Below the pieces are notes generated by a model. The model searched no databases. It was not told the DNA's origin and worked only from the letters and a program-made list of their open reading frames with translations. The position numbers and the translations under genes were made by a program. Shown piece by piece: positions 19,945-30,772 of a stretch of DNA of 64,000 bases. Within the stretch, counting starts at the first letter, position 1, and each line of letters begins with the position of its first letter. This stretch comes from Steroidobacterales bacterium (GTDB taxonomy: Bacteria; Pseudomonadota; Gammaproteobacteria; Steroidobacterales; Steroidobacteraceae), in contig JBBQTF010000003.1 of NCBI GenBank assembly GCA_038234675.1, forward strand, positions 59,360-123,359, in the 5' to 3' direction.

Positions 19945-22056
19945 TCAGCCCGGCAGCCGCGACAAATCGGCGATGCCGGATATCAGCGCGTGCAGTTCTC
20001 CGAGCAGCGCCAGGCGATTACCGCGCAGCTGTGGGTCCGGATCATTGACCAGCACGTCCTCGAAGAACGCGTCAACCTCGGGCCGCAACAGCGCGAGCTC
20101 GGCAAACGCGGCCCCGTAATCTCCCTCGCCCAGCGATCGCTGGACCGCCGAGCGCCGGGCGGCGAGTGCCGCGTGCAGGGCCTGTTCGGCCGGCGCGCGC
20201 AGCAGCCTTGGGTCGATCGCACTGGGGGCGGCGGCGGCGGATTTCCTGAGAATATTGGCAATGCGCCGGTTCGCCGCCGCAAGACTCACGGCCTCAGGCT
20301 GCTTCAGAAATTCCACCAGTGCCTTAAGTCGGGCGTCGGCCTCGAGGGGCGAGCGCGGGGCCGTGGCCAGCACCGCATCGAAGATCTCGGTGCTCACACC
20401 TTGAGCGGAATCTTCCAGGTACTGGGCGCGCAGGCGCTCCATGAGGAAACCATAGACTTCATCAGCCACGGCGGAGCGCCTTGATCCAAGCTCGGCGACG
20501 GGCTGTGCGGCAACAGCTTGCTCAATCAGCGCGCGCAAATCGACCGGCAGCGCGCGCTCCCGGACGATGCGCAGCACCCCGATGGCAGCGCGACGCAGGC
20601 CGAACGGATCACGCGTGCCGCTGGGCTTTTGCCCGATCGCAAATATCCCGGCGAGTGTGTCGATACGATCGGCGAGCGCGAGCGCCATGCCGGTCGGGGT
20701 TGCCGGCAGCTGATCGCCCGCGCTGCGCGGCAGGTAATGCTCGCGGATCGCCGCGGCCGTCTCGGCATCCTCGCCATCCGCGCGCGCGTAGTAGGCGCCC
20801 ATGACGCCCTGCAGTTCAGGAAATTCACCGACCATGGAACTGAGCAGGTCACATTTGCACAACAGTGCGGCCCGCGCCACGCGTTCGGCCGTGGCGCCGC
20901 AAGGCGCACTCAGGCTCAAAGCCAGAGCCCCAAGGCGTGCTGCCTTGTCGGCCACACTGCCGAGCTTCGCCTGGAAAGAAACGCCTGCGAGCGATTCGAC
21001 GTTCATCGCCAGTGGCGAACGCCGGTCCTGCTCCCAGAAGAATGCAGCGTCCGCAAGCCGGGGTCGCACCACGCGCTCGTTGCCTGAGCGCACCACGGCA
21101 GGATCGCGGCTTTCGATGTTGCTGACAGCGATAAAGCGGGGCAGCAGCACGCCGGCAGCCGATTCCACCGCAAAGTAACGCTGGTGGTCTTGGAGCGCGG
21201 CCAGTAGCACCTCGCGCGGGAGCGATAGAAAGCGCTCCTCAAACTGCCCCGCGAGCGCCACCGGCCACTCGACCAGGGCCGTGACTTCTTCGAGGAGCGC
21301 CGCTTCGATAAGGGCGCGACCGCCGGCCAGTTCGGCGGCGGAGGTGACCTGCGCGCGCACGCGCTCGCGACGCTGGGCAAAATCGGCGATCACCCAGCCG
21401 CGGGTGAGCAGAGTTTTCTCGTAGCTGGCCGGCGCGCGCAGCGCCAGTTCACCCGGCGCGTGAAAGCGATGCCCGCGCGTGCTGCGGCCCGATGGAGTGT
21501 CGAGAATAGTCGCCGGCACCACCTCCCCGCCGTAGAGCATCACCAGCCAGTGCACGGGACGCACGAATTGCGCCGCTCCTGCTCCCCAGCGCATGCGGCG
21601 CGGTATCGGCAGCGCGTCGAGCACCGCGGTGATGATTCCCGGCAACAGGCCCAGGGCCGCTGCCCCCGGGCGCGTACCGCCGAACCACAGATATTCATTG
21701 TTCTGTTCGTCGCGTTCGCGGCCCAAGAGTGTCAAGTCCACCCCGCAGCTGGCCGCAAAAGCCTGCGCGGCGCGCGTCGGCTGCCCGGCCGCGTCGACGG
21801 CGACGCGCAACGGCGGTCCGCGTCGACGCACGGTTTGCTCGGGTTGTCGCGACGCCAGGCGCGATACCCGCACCGCCAGCCGACGCGGCGTGGCGAATGA
21901 TGCGATCGGACCATGGCGCAGATGGGCGGCTGCAAGTTGCGTTTCCAGCCCTGTGCGCAGCGCCTGTTCGAGTTCAGGCAAGGCCTTAGGCGGCAATTCT
22001 TCGGTGCCGATCTCGAAAAGGAAATCGCGCCGTTCGACGCCCGCGGAGCCGTTCAT
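19945..22056 (-). CDS. glyS: glycine--tRNA ligase beta subunit
   Basis: 703 aa. It starts ...[13 protein letters not shown] and overlaps the glyQ stop by 4 nt. Confidence 0.95.
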   Translation of the reverse strand: MNGSAGVERRDFLFEIGTEELPPKALPELEQALRTGLETQLAAAHLRHGPIASFATPRRLAVRVSRLASRQPEQTVRRRGPPLRVAVDAAGQPTRAAQAFAASCGVDLTLLGRERDEQNNEYLWFGGTRPGAAALGLLPGIITAVLDALPIPRRMRWGAGAAQFVRPVHWLVMLYGGEVVPATILDTPSGRSTRGHRFHAPGELALRAPASYEKTLLTRGWVIADFAQRRERVRAQVTSAAELAGGRALIEAALLEEVTALVEWPVALAGQFEERFLSLPREVLLAALQDHQRYFAVESAAGVLLPRFIAVSNIESRDPAVVRSGNERVVRPRLADAAFFWEQDRRSPLAMNVESLAGVSFQAKLGSVADKAARLGALALSLSAPCGATAERVARAALLCKCDLLSSMVGEFPELQGVMGAYYARADGEDAETAAAIREHYLPRSAGDQLPATPTGMALALADRIDTLAGIFAIGQKPSGTRDPFGLRRAAIGVLRIVRERALPVDLRALIEQAVAAQPVAELGSRRSAVADEVYGFLMERLRAQYLEDSAQGVSTEIFDAVLATAPRSPLEADARLKALVEFLKQPEAVSLAAANRRIANILRKSAAAAPSAIDPRLLRAPAEQALHAALAARRSAVQRSLGEGDYGAAFAELALLRPEVDAFFEDVLVNDPDPQLRGNRLALLGELHALISGIADLSRLPG

Positions 22057-22994
22057 GCGGGCGCCTGTGCGGTTGCGCCCGCACTGCGAGCAAGCAGCGG
22101 GAATCCTAGCGACTCGCGGCTGCCGAAATAAACCTGCGCCACGCCGCGGGAGAGCGTGCGCACGCGAAGGATGTATCGCTGACGCTCGGTGACCGAAATC
22201 GCACGGCGCGCGTCGAGCAGATTGAACACGTGCGAGGCCTTGAGCACCTGTTCATAGGCGGGCAGCGCCAGGCGCGCCTCGAGCAGCGCGTTGCAGGAGC
22301 GCTCGTAATCATCGAAGTGCCGGAACAGCACGGCCGTATCCGCGTGTTCAAAGTTGTAGACCGACTGCTCGGCCTCGTTCTGGTGAAACACATCCCGATA
22401 GGTCACGCGCCCGTGCGCTCCTTCCGTCCACACAATATCGAAGAGACTCTCGACCTCCTGCAGGTACATCGCGAGCCGCTCCAGACCGTAGGTGATCTCA
22501 CCGCTCACCGGGCGGCAGTCAAGGCCGCCGACCTGCTGGAAGTAAGTGAACTGACTGATCTCCATGCCGTTGAGCCAAACCTCCCAGCCCAGGCCCCACG
22601 CGCCCAATGTGGGCGATTCCCAATTGTCCTCGACAAAGCGGATGTCGTGGACCAGGGGATCAAACCCCACGGCCCGCAAGCTCCCCAAGTACAGGTCGAT
22701 CATGTCGGGGGGCGATGGTTTGATCAGCACCTGGAACTGGTAGTAATGCTGCAGCCGGAAGGGGTTATCGCCGTAGCGGCCGTCAGTCGGGCGCCGGGAA
22801 GGCTGCACGTAGGCCGCCGCCCAGGGTTCCGGGCCGATCGAACGCAAGAAAGTGGCCGTATGAAAGGTCCCGGCGCCGACTTCCATGTCGTAGGGCTGCA
22901 GGATGACGCAGCCCTGGAGCGACCAATAGCGCTGCAGAGCAAAGATCAGTTCCTGGAACGTGCGTGGCCGGTCGCCGGTTTTGGCGGTTTTCAT
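22053..22994 (-). CDS. glyQ: glycine--tRNA ligase alpha subunit
   Basis: The start is taken at MKTAKTG..., which has GAGGAG 5 nt upstream. The sequence [40 protein letters not shown] is highly conserved GlyQ. Confidence 0.95.
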   Translation of the reverse strand: MKTAKTGDRPRTFQELIFALQRYWSLQGCVILQPYDMEVGAGTFHTATFLRSIGPEPWAAAYVQPSRRPTDGRYGDNPFRLQHYYQFQVLIKPSPPDMIDLYLGSLRAVGFDPLVHDIRFVEDNWESPTLGAWGLGWEVWLNGMEISQFTYFQQVGGLDCRPVSGEITYGLERLAMYLQEVESLFDIVWTEGAHGRVTYRDVFHQNEAEQSVYNFEHADTAVLFRHFDDYERSCNALLEARLALPAYEQVLKASHVFNLLDARRAISVTERQRYILRVRTLSRGVAQVYFGSRESLGFPLLARSAGATAQAPA

Positions 22995-23087
22995 GCAGCT
23001 CCTCACCACTCTGCACGCCAGGGAATTGGCGCGCGAGTATACAGAACGTGCGCCCCGCGCTCTTCGGTGCCCAGCCCCGGTAGAATT

Positions 23088-23104
23088 TGCACACTAATAG
23101 GGCA
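23088..23104. promoter_or_regulatory. NtrC-binding-site-like dyad TGCACACTAATAGGGCA
   Basis: It resembles TGCACC-N5-GGTGCA and lies about 105 nt upstream of the sigma54 -24/-12 element of glnA. Confidence 0.35.
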
Positions 23105-23117
23105 AAAAATCTATCGG

Positions 23118-23134
23118 CGCCCTATAATGGTGCA
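23118..23134. promoter_or_regulatory. NtrC-binding-site-like half-dyad CGCCCTATAATGGTGCA
   Basis: The right half, GGTGCA, is perfect and the left half is degenerate. It lies about 75 nt upstream of the -24 element. Confidence 0.3.
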
Positions 23135-23207
23135 TCCGCAATCGAGATGAAAGACGGCGTATCGCCGAACTTGCTGATTTTTAAAGGGATTTGATTTTTC
23201 GGTGATT

Positions 23208-23223
23208 TGGCACGACCCGTGCA
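23208..23223 (+). promoter_or_regulatory. sigma54 (-24/-12) promoter of glnA
   Basis: TGGCAC-GACCC-GTGCA has correct GG-N10-GC spacing. It lies about 43 nt upstream of the glnA ATG, which carries a GAGGAGG Shine-Dalgarno. Confidence 0.75.
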
Positions 23224-23265
23224 ATGTAACGGGGCTCTACGAACACTCATTCTTGAGGAGGCAAC

Positions 23266-24675
23266 ATGATCCCGACCGACGTCGTGAAGCTCATAAAAGA
23301 AAAAGAAATCAAATTTGCGGACCTACGCTTTACCGACACTCGCGGCAAGGAACAGCACGTCACGGTTCCGGCCAGGTACGTGACCGCGGATTTTTTTGTC
23401 GAAGGGAAGATGTTCGACGGATCCTCGATCGCCGGGTGGAAGGGCATCAATGAGTCGGACATGATCCTGCTGCCGGACGCCGCCACCGCCGTACTCGATC
23501 CTTTTTTCGCCGATCCCACGGTCAACATCCGCTGCGACATCATTGAGCCGGCCACCATGCAGGGCTACGAGCGTGACCCGCGTTCGCTCGGCAAGCGCGC
23601 CGAGGCGTACCTGAAGTCGACGGGCATTGCCGACGGCGCGCTGTTTGGTCCCGAGAACGAATTCTTCATCTTCGACAGCGTGCGTTGGCAAAACGACATG
23701 CACAGCTGTGGCTATGCGATAGATTCGGTGCAGGGCGCGTGGAATTCAAACACCGCTTTTCCGGAAGGCAACATGGGCCACCGGCCCGGCGTAAAGGGCG
23801 GCTATTTTCCGGTGCCGCCGGTCGATGGCTTTCACGATATCCGTGCCGCCATGTGCAAAGCCCTCGAAGAAATGGGCCTCACCGTCGAAGTGCACCATCA
23901 CGAGGTCGCCACCGGCGGCCAGTCGGAGATTGGCGTGGGCGCCGGCGGGCTGGTCAAGAAAGCCGACGAAGTCCAGATCCTCAAGTACTGCGTGCACGGA
24001 GTGGCGCACATGCATGGCAAGTCCGCGACGTTCATGCCCAAGCCCCTGGTCGGCGACAACGGCTCGGGCATGCACGTGCATCAGTCACTGCAAAAAGCCG
24101 GCACCGCGCTGTTCGCGGGTGACAAATACGGCGGCCTTTCCGACACGGCGCTCTATTACATCGGCGGCATCATCAAGCACGCCAGAGCGATCAATGCCTT
24201 TACCAATCCAGGCACCAACAGCTACAAGCGTCTGGTGCCCGGGTTCGAGGCGCCGGTGATGCTGGCGTACTCGGCTCGTAATCGCAGCGCCTCGATCCGC
24301 ATTCCGTGGGTGCCCAATCCCAAGGCACGCCGTATCGAAGTGCGTTTCCCGGATTCCGCGGCCAATCCGTATTTTGCCTTCGCGGCCATGATGATGGCCG
24401 GACTGGACGGCATACAGAACAAGATGCATCCGGGCGATCCTGCCGACAAGGATCTTTACGACCTCGAACCGGAAGAGGCCAAGCACATTCCACAGGTGTG
24501 TCACTCCCTGGACATGGCGCTCGAGAGCCTGAACAAGGATCGCGAATTCCTCACCCGGGGCGGGGTATTTACCAATGATCTGATCGATGCGTACATAAGC
24601 CTGAAGAACCAGGAGGTGACCCGCTACCGCATGTCGACGCATCCGTGCGAGTTCGATATGTATTACAGCGTCTAG
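23266..24675 (+). CDS. glnA: glutamine synthetase type I
   Basis: 469 aa. It has conserved GSI blocks and the adenylylation-site region NLYDLPPEE-like sequence (DLYDLEPEE). Confidence 0.97.
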   Translation: MIPTDVVKLIKEKEIKFADLRFTDTRGKEQHVTVPARYVTADFFVEGKMFDGSSIAGWKGINESDMILLPDAATAVLDPFFADPTVNIRCDIIEPATMQGYERDPRSLGKRAEAYLKSTGIADGALFGPENEFFIFDSVRWQNDMHSCGYAIDSVQGAWNSNTAFPEGNMGHRPGVKGGYFPVPPVDGFHDIRAAMCKALEEMGLTVEVHHHEVATGGQSEIGVGAGGLVKKADEVQILKYCVHGVAHMHGKSATFMPKPLVGDNGSGMHVHQSLQKAGTALFAGDKYGGLSDTALYYIGGIIKHARAINAFTNPGTNSYKRLVPGFEAPVMLAYSARNRSASIRIPWVPNPKARRIEVRFPDSAANPYFAFAAMMMAGLDGIQNKMHPGDPADKDLYDLEPEEAKHIPQVCHSLDMALESLNKDREFLTRGGVFTNDLIDAYISLKNQEVTRYRMSTHPCEFDMYYSV

Positions 24676-24771
24676 GCGCGGAACCGGGGATTAGCCCTAC
24701 GTGGGCACCAACAGGTGACGATCATCACAGGATCGCGCCTTAAGCTTTGCGCGCCCGAGCGCGAGAGGACT

Positions 24772-25350
24772 ATGCTGTGCGCTGTGCGTACTTGTATGGG
24801 TTTCCTGAGCCTTTTGGTGGCGGTGGCCTCGGTGGCCGGCGGTTCCCCGACCTATCGCTGGGTCGACGTCGACGGGGTGCATTACTCCGACCAGCCGCAC
24901 CCAGGTGCGGAGCAAATTACCTTAAGCCAGACCCAGACCTACAGCAGCGCGCAGGCCTCGCCCTCTGTCCCCGCCGCCTCACCGTCGCGTCCCGTGCGCG
25001 AAGCGCCCGATGGGGGAGAGTTTCGTTACGACAGCTGCTCGATTATCCAGCCGGCGCAGGACCAGATGTTGATCGACGTCCAGTCAGCCAATATCGCCGT
25101 ACACGTACAGCCGGACAAACGCAGCACCGATCGCGTGGTGCTGAGCATGGACGGCCAGTCGATCGAGCCCACAAGCAACGAGCAGGTGGAATTTGTCATA
25201 TCGCCCATAGACCGGGGCACTCATACCATCACCGCCAGCGTCCGCAGCTCGGATGGCCGGAGTCTTTGTCAGTCGGCGGCGTTGACCTTTCACGTGCGCC
25301 AGCCTTCGGTAAGAAAGCCGGCGTCCATGCCCCGCCCTACGCCCCACTAG
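24772..25350 (+). CDS. DUF4124-domain protein
   Basis: The internal Met gives a signal peptide MLCAVRTCMGFLSLLVAVASVAG followed by YRWVDVDGVHYSDQP, the DUF4124 hallmark. The overlapping ORF 24747..25379 in another frame is Arg/Pro-rich and was rejected. Confidence 0.7.
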   Translation: MLCAVRTCMGFLSLLVAVASVAGGSPTYRWVDVDGVHYSDQPHPGAEQITLSQTQTYSSAQASPSVPAASPSRPVREAPDGGEFRYDSCSIIQPAQDQMLIDVQSANIAVHVQPDKRSTDRVVLSMDGQSIEPTSNEQVEFVISPIDRGTHTITASVRSSDGRSLCQSAALTFHVRQPSVRKPASMPRPTPH

Positions 25351-25368
25351 CGCCCGCGCGCGGCTCGC

Positions 25369-26472
25369 ATGTCCGTTGAGCTGGCCCGCGCACCGCTGGC
25401 CGGCCACTTCCATGACAGTGAACTGCTGGACCTGCTGTCCACGGGCCTGGTCCTGCTCGATGCACAAATGTGCGTGCTGTACGCCAACGTCGGCGGCCAG
25501 GACCTGCTGGGAGTGAGCCTCAATCAGGCGCGCGGCCTGCCGCTCGGTGACTTGTTCGCTGGCGCTCAGCCGCTGGTCGAATTGTTGCGCCGCGCGCTCC
25601 AGGACAATAAAAGCTGCGCCGGGCACGAGCTCGCCCTCGTCCCGGTAGCGACCATGGCCGCCCTGCGCGCGCCGGCCGTGGTCGATTTCACGGTCACGCC
25701 GCTCGAGAACCCGTTGGTAGGCCGGCAACTGCTGCTCGAACTGGTTGATGCGCGGGCCCGCCAGCGAATCGCGCGCGAAAGCGAATCGCGCTCTCGTGCC
25801 GACGGGAGTCGCCTGATGGTCCGCCAGCTCGCCCACGAGATCAAGAATCCGCTCGGCGGACTGCGCGGCGCGGCGCAGCTGCTCGAGCGGGAGCTGCACG
25901 ACTCGCGGCTCAAGGAGTACACCGCGGTCATCATCAATGAGGCCGATCGGCTGTGCAGCTTGGTCGACACCATGCTCGGACCCTTCGGCCCGCCGCGCAC
26001 GCGGCTGCTGAGCGTGCACGAGATCTGCGAACACGTGTACCAGTTGCTGCGCAGCGAAGCCCCGCCTGGGGTGAGCATCGAGCGCGATTATGATCCGAGC
26101 CTGCCCGACGGACGCTTTGATCGCAACGAGATCATCCAGGCGCTGCTGAATATCGCGCGCAACGCTTTGCAGGCGCTGGCCGGTAGCGGCAAACTCGTGT
26201 TGCGCACTCGCGTGCTTTCGAACCAGAACATCGGCCCGCGGCGGCACCGGCTGCTGGCCTGCGTGCAGGTGCAGGATGACGGTCCGGGTGTACCGGAGGA
26301 GATGCAGCAGACTTTGTTCCTGCCGCTGGTGACCTCAAAGCCGCAAGGCACCGGCCTTGGCCTTTCGGTGGCACAGGACATGGTGGTTCGACATCGGGGG
26401 GTGATTGAGTTTGAGAGTCGCCCGGGGCACACCGTGTTCTCAATATTGTTGCCGGTGCAGGACCCGGCATGA
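25369..26472 (+). CDS. glnL: nitrogen regulation sensor histidine kinase NtrB
   Basis: 367 aa with a PAS domain, the H-box LAHEIKNPLGGLRGAAQLL and HATPase N/G boxes. It overlaps the ntrC start by 4 nt. Confidence 0.93.
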   Translation: MSVELARAPLAGHFHDSELLDLLSTGLVLLDAQMCVLYANVGGQDLLGVSLNQARGLPLGDLFAGAQPLVELLRRALQDNKSCAGHELALVPVATMAALRAPAVVDFTVTPLENPLVGRQLLLELVDARARQRIARESESRSRADGSRLMVRQLAHEIKNPLGGLRGAAQLLERELHDSRLKEYTAVIINEADRLCSLVDTMLGPFGPPRTRLLSVHEICEHVYQLLRSEAPPGVSIERDYDPSLPDGRFDRNEIIQALLNIARNALQALAGSGKLVLRTRVLSNQNIGPRRHRLLACVQVQDDGPGVPEEMQQTLFLPLVTSKPQGTGLGLSVAQDMVVRHRGVIEFESRPGHTVFSILLPVQDPA

Positions 26473-27887
26473 GTACCTCGCCGCTACGAGTCTGGCTGGT
26501 GGATGATGACGCCTCAATCCGCTGGGTGCTGGAGCGCGCTTTACGGAGCGACGGCATATTGCCCCAGGTGTTCGATGCGGCCGAGCCGGTGCTCGCGGCG
26601 CTCGCAAGCGATACGCCCGATGTGCTGATCACCGACGTGCGCATGACCGGCCGTTCAGGTATCGAGCTGCTCAAGCGCGTGCACGCCACGCATCCGGCAC
26701 TTCCGGTCATCGTGATGACCGCGCACTCGGACCTGGGCACGGCCGTGTCCGCCTACGAGAGCGGTGCGTTTGAGTACCTGCCCAAACCCTTCGACATCGA
26801 TCACGCCCTGCAGCTCGTGCGCCGCGCCGCGCACGGCAATGCGCGGCCTCGGGCGGATGCCGCCGCAGCAAAGGCGGCGAGCCCGGAACTGCTCGGACGT
26901 GCCCCTGCCATGCAACAGGTGTTCCGCGCGATCGGGAGACTGGCGCGTAGCAGCGTCAACGTACTGATCACGGGCGAGTCGGGAACCGGCAAAGAGCTGG
27001 TTGCGCGCGCCCTGCACGAGCACAGCCCGCGCGCTGCTAAGCCCTTTATCGCCCTCAACACCTCGGCGATCGCGCCCGAGTTGCTCGAGTCCGAATTATT
27101 CGGACACGAGAAGGGCGCATTTACGGGCGCGGAGAGCCTGCGCCGGGGGCGTTTCGAGCAAGCGGATGGCGGCTCGCTGTTCCTGGATGAGATCGGCGAC
27201 ATGTCCCTGGCCCTGCAGACCCGACTGCTGCGCGTGCTGGCCGAAGGGGAATTCTATCGCGTGGGCGGGCAGAGCCCTATACGCGTCGATGTGCGCGTAA
27301 TTGCCGCGACTCACCAGAACCTGGAGGCACGCACCCGCAGCGGCAAGTTTCGTGAGGACCTGTATCATCGCCTGGACGTGATACGGATCGAATTGCCACC
27401 GCTGCGCGCGCGGCGCGAAGACGTTCCCGATCTTCTGCACCATTACCTGAGTCTGGCTGCGCACGAACTCGCGGTCGCGCCCAAGTCACTCAGTGCCGAA
27501 TCCAGCGCCCTGCTCGCCGGCTACCCGTGGCCTGGCAATGTGCGCGAGCTGGTCAATTTCTGCCGTCGCGCAACCGCGCTTGCTCCTGGGAACGAGATCC
27601 GTGTGGCCGATCTGCCCGCGGCCATGACCCGGCCCGGCGAAGATGTGCGCGCGGATGCGGAGTGGACCCGGTCGCTTGCAGAGTGGGCCGAGAGCTGCCT
27701 GGCTGCGGAAGAGATTCCGCTCCTCGATGCGGCCTTGCCCGAATTTGAACGCACGCTGGCGCGCATCGCCTTGCGCGCCAGCCAAGGGCGAAGGCAGGAG
27801 GCCGCGCGGCTCCTGGGCTGGGGACGCAATACGCTGACTCGCAAACTCAAGGAACTGGAACTGGACAATTTCGACTCGGTTCCCTGA
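26469..27887 (+). CDS. glnG: nitrogen regulation response regulator NtrC (sigma54 activator)
   Basis: 472 aa. It has a receiver domain, an AAA+ domain with GESGTGKE and the GAFTGA loop, and a C-terminal Fis-type HTH. Confidence 0.95.
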   Translation: MSTSPLRVWLVDDDASIRWVLERALRSDGILPQVFDAAEPVLAALASDTPDVLITDVRMTGRSGIELLKRVHATHPALPVIVMTAHSDLGTAVSAYESGAFEYLPKPFDIDHALQLVRRAAHGNARPRADAAAAKAASPELLGRAPAMQQVFRAIGRLARSSVNVLITGESGTGKELVARALHEHSPRAAKPFIALNTSAIAPELLESELFGHEKGAFTGAESLRRGRFEQADGGSLFLDEIGDMSLALQTRLLRVLAEGEFYRVGGQSPIRVDVRVIAATHQNLEARTRSGKFREDLYHRLDVIRIELPPLRARREDVPDLLHHYLSLAAHELAVAPKSLSAESSALLAGYPWPGNVRELVNFCRRATALAPGNEIRVADLPAAMTRPGEDVRADAEWTRSLAEWAESCLAAEEIPLLDAALPEFERTLARIALRASQGRRQEAARLLGWGRNTLTRKLKELELDNFDSVP

Positions 27888-27965
27888 AACAAACTGTTGT
27901 TGACGGTGCCGCCTTGCAATCGGCAGGTGCCGGCGCTGGGCGCCGCCGCCGGAACTTCTTGTCCG

Positions 27966-29456
27966 CTACAGAGAATTAAGGAAGGCGACGAGGTCCGCTT
28001 TCTGGCGGTCGCTTAAGTTCATGGCAAAGCGCTCGTTGTAGAAGTTGATCAGTTGTCTGAGGGTCGCCGCCGCGCCGTTATGGAAATACGGCGCACGCGC
28101 GGCCAGGGCGCGCAGAATCGGACCCTTGGTGCGATTAAAATCAGCACACTTTCCCGTAATCAGGGCCTTGCCCGGATCGCTGGTGTAGAAGGATTCCGGC
28201 TCCTGCGCAGCGGATTTAAGCAGCCGCTGACCAGGTAGACGGGCAGGTCGGGCATGCCTAGCTGTGCGAGTCCGGCCGCAATGGCCGGATCGGTCTCCAT
28301 GTTCGGCAGCGCCGCGTGGCTGGTGCCGATATCCAGTGGGAGCGGTAAAGAGTGATTGCCGACATTGGGCGTGTCGTGGCAGCTCGTGCAGTGACCGACG
28401 AATGTTGCGGGACTGCCGATTGCCGCGTTGTCGTTGAGACCACGCACGTTGGTGATCTGCATGGGCGCTGAGTTGAAGAGCGTCTCGCCGGCTGCGATCG
28501 CACTCCGGGCATCGAGTAGCTCGCCAGAGCCGCTTCGCACGTCATCTGCAGGTGAAGCCCAGGCGTCAAACAGCGCCATCGCGTTCGAGTCGAATGGCAC
28601 CCCGCCCGGATCTCCACCCAGCGAGTCATTTACCCCGGGGTAGTAGCTCTTTCGAAAGCAGCAAGGGACCGCCCTGCGCGCCGGCGACGTTCAGCGCGCC
28701 GGCGGAGCGGTCCCGCCACTGCGCCGTGAACAGGCCGAGTTCGAAATTCACGATCTCCGTAACTTGCGCGTCGGTGGGCGGATTCGACGCCTGCGCGTGG
28801 CCGGTGGTGGCGTCTATGGCCTGATGCTTAAGATCGGCAGTGAGGTTGGCGAGAAAGACCGTACTGTCGATAAGAGGGACGATCGTCTCGCGGCCGTCGA
28901 ACATTACCGCGCTCAGGAACCTCAAGTTGGCCGTGGGCAGGGGTCTCCGGTACACCGAAAGCATGGTCTTGTTGGTTGCCGGATCGACCTGCAGTGCGCA
29001 GCCGTAGGGATCATGGACCACGCTCACGGTAAATTCTGCAGCGTCGGGCACGGGCAACGCCACGCGGATGAGGCCGCTATGCAGGATGAGACTGTGCCCG
29101 CGGCTATCGGCCGTCGGCACGTTTGCGCAGTTGGCGCCATCGACGGGCGCGAACAGCGGGTCACCTCCATGAGTGCGCTCGAAGCGATTACGCGCGTCGT
29201 CCGCGCTAAAACTGAACGCCTGGCCCGCCACGTGGCAGGTAGCACAGCTTCGCCCGTTGGTTCCAAGTATTTGAAAGAAAGCCCCATCGGGGTGGGTGCG
29301 GCCGTTGATGTTAACCGTGGCCAGAACCCCGCTCGGATCCTGGAACGCGCGCACTTCCACGCCCGATGAGGATTGAGAGTCTGCAAGCGACGGCCCGATC
29401 ACAGCGATCGCCAATGCGACTACGCACAGGTTTTTCTTCATGGGACCCCCCCACAT
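27966..29456 (-). pseudogene. di-heme cytochrome c peroxidase (CCP/MauG)-family gene split over three frames
   Basis: The N-terminal ORF 28626..29456 has a signal peptide and the heme motif CATCH. The middle part (upper limit about 28655, frame of ORF 28160..28600) reads YYPGVNDSLGGDPGGVPFD...CTSCH. The third frame, down to the TAG at 27966, reads TSDPGKALITGKCADFNRTKGPILRALAARAPYFHNGAAATL...ADLVAFLNSL. The frame switches fall near 28650-28660 (an A-run) and 28190-28245. Confidence 0.7.
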
Positions 29457-29529
29457 GATCGGGTCATACTACGCCTTCACTGTCGGATGTCTACTAAGTC
29501 GCAATGTGCTGAAAGCGGGCCGGGCAGGC

Positions 29530-30411
29530 TCAAGCCCCCCGAAGGGGCGCTCCGCCCACGAACCCGATGGTGAATGCGGTGCCCACGAGCGTCATAAGCA
29601 TGCCCGTCACGATGTGCCCTGTGACCTGCTCGTGCAAAAACACAGCGCCCCACAGCACGCCGAATACTGGGATGACGAAGGCCACGCCGGTCAGGGCCGT
29701 GGCGCTAATCCGGAGGATAAGCTGGTAATACAGCAGGTACGCGCAGGCCGTGCACAACACCGCGAGTGCTCCGACGGCGAGCCAGTCGGCGGCCGGCGGC
29801 ACCATGGTGGGCCACAGCCAATAGCCCAGAGGAATCACCATAACGGTTGACGCCAGCATGCTGCCGGCCGCCGGCAGCATCACCGGCTGGCCAGCGAAGT
29901 GACGCTTACCGAAATGCGCGGCACAGGCATAGCAGGCCGCCGCGGCGAGCGTGGACAAGACCGCCCACCCGCTACCGCCCTTGCCGAAGTCCAAGTGGTG
30001 CCAGGCGAGAATGATCACGCCACCGAATCCGAGTGCTAGCCCGATCAATCGGTGCCGGTTGAGCGGCTGGCGCCACCACAGCGCGTCGATCGCAACCGCA
30101 AACAAAGGCACCGTGGCTCCGAGTACGGCGGTGCACCCCGCCTGCAGGCGGAGCGTTGAAAAAGCCAGAAGCGAAAACGGGATGGCGGAGTTCATTGCGC
30201 CCAGCACCATCAATCCACCCAGGTTTCTGCGCAGCAGCGTTCGCACCGGCGCTCGAAGCAGCCAGGGCAGGAAAAACAGCGACGCACCGCTCAGGCGCAG
30301 CAGCACCAGTGGCAGCGGACCGAAGCCCGGCACGGCGATGCGCATAAACATGTAGGAGGAGCCCCATATCGCCGCGAGTGACACGAAGCGCAGCAGGTCG
30401 ATCTGTGCCAC
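29530..30411 (-). CDS. DMT-superfamily (EamA-like) transporter
   Basis: 10-TM protein with two EamA repeats. The start is trimmed to the GTG at 30411 because the tracked start overlaps the upstream gene, so the start is uncertain. Confidence 0.7.
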   Translation of the reverse strand: MAQIDLLRFVSLAAIWGSSYMFMRIAVPGFGPLPLVLLRLSGASLFFLPWLLRAPVRTLLRRNLGGLMVLGAMNSAIPFSLLAFSTLRLQAGCTAVLGATVPLFAVAIDALWWRQPLNRHRLIGLALGFGGVIILAWHHLDFGKGGSGWAVLSTLAAAACYACAAHFGKRHFAGQPVMLPAAGSMLASTVMVIPLGYWLWPTMVPPAADWLAVGALAVLCTACAYLLYYQLILRISATALTGVAFVIPVFGVLWGAVFLHEQVTGHIVTGMLMTLVGTAFTIGFVGGAPLRGA

Positions 30412-30418
30412 CTGAGAG

Positions 30419-30772
30419 CTAGCCTGGCTTCGGCGGCGTTGGCGGCGGCGCCCCGGCCGGGATGAAGATCCACAGCAGCAGGTAGAACAACAATCCGATG
30501 CCAAAATAGAAAGTACTGACGCAGAAGATCACACGCCAGGCCCAGGAGGGTAAGCCGGTGTGGGCACCGAGCCCGCCACAGACTCCGCCGATCACCCGAT
30601 CGGTAGTGGAAAGGCTCAGGCGGTGCAGAAAAGTATCGTGGGCCGGCGGGGCGGGCGTCGCCGCGCCGCCGAGTGCGCGCGCCTTGGCCTGTGCAAACTC
30701 GCTCTCGCTGATCGCGCCGCGCTCGCGCAGCGCCTGGAGGCGTTCAAGCTCTTCGGTGACGTTCATCTTCAT
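30419..30772 (-). CDS. SHOCT-domain / PspC-domain membrane protein
   Basis: 117 aa. The N-terminal ELERLQALRERGAISESEFAQAKARAL is SHOCT-like. The C-terminal RVIGGVCGGLGAHTGLPSWAWRVIF plus a TM is PspC-like. Its ATG directly abuts the pyrD TAA. Confidence 0.75.
   Translation of the reverse strand: MKMNVTEELERLQALRERGAISESEFAQAKARALGGAATPAPPAHDTFLHRLSLSTTDRVIGGVCGGLGAHTGLPSWAWRVIFCVSTFYFGIGLLFYLLLWIFIPAGAPPPTPPKPG

Noticed and set aside
24747-25379. An alternative 210-aa ORF overlapping the DUF4124 gene in another frame.
   Set aside because: It is Arg/Pro/Gly-rich with no motif. The competing frame has a signal peptide and the YRWVDxxGxxHYSD hallmark, and it fits the conserved glnA-DUF4124-ntrBC arrangement.
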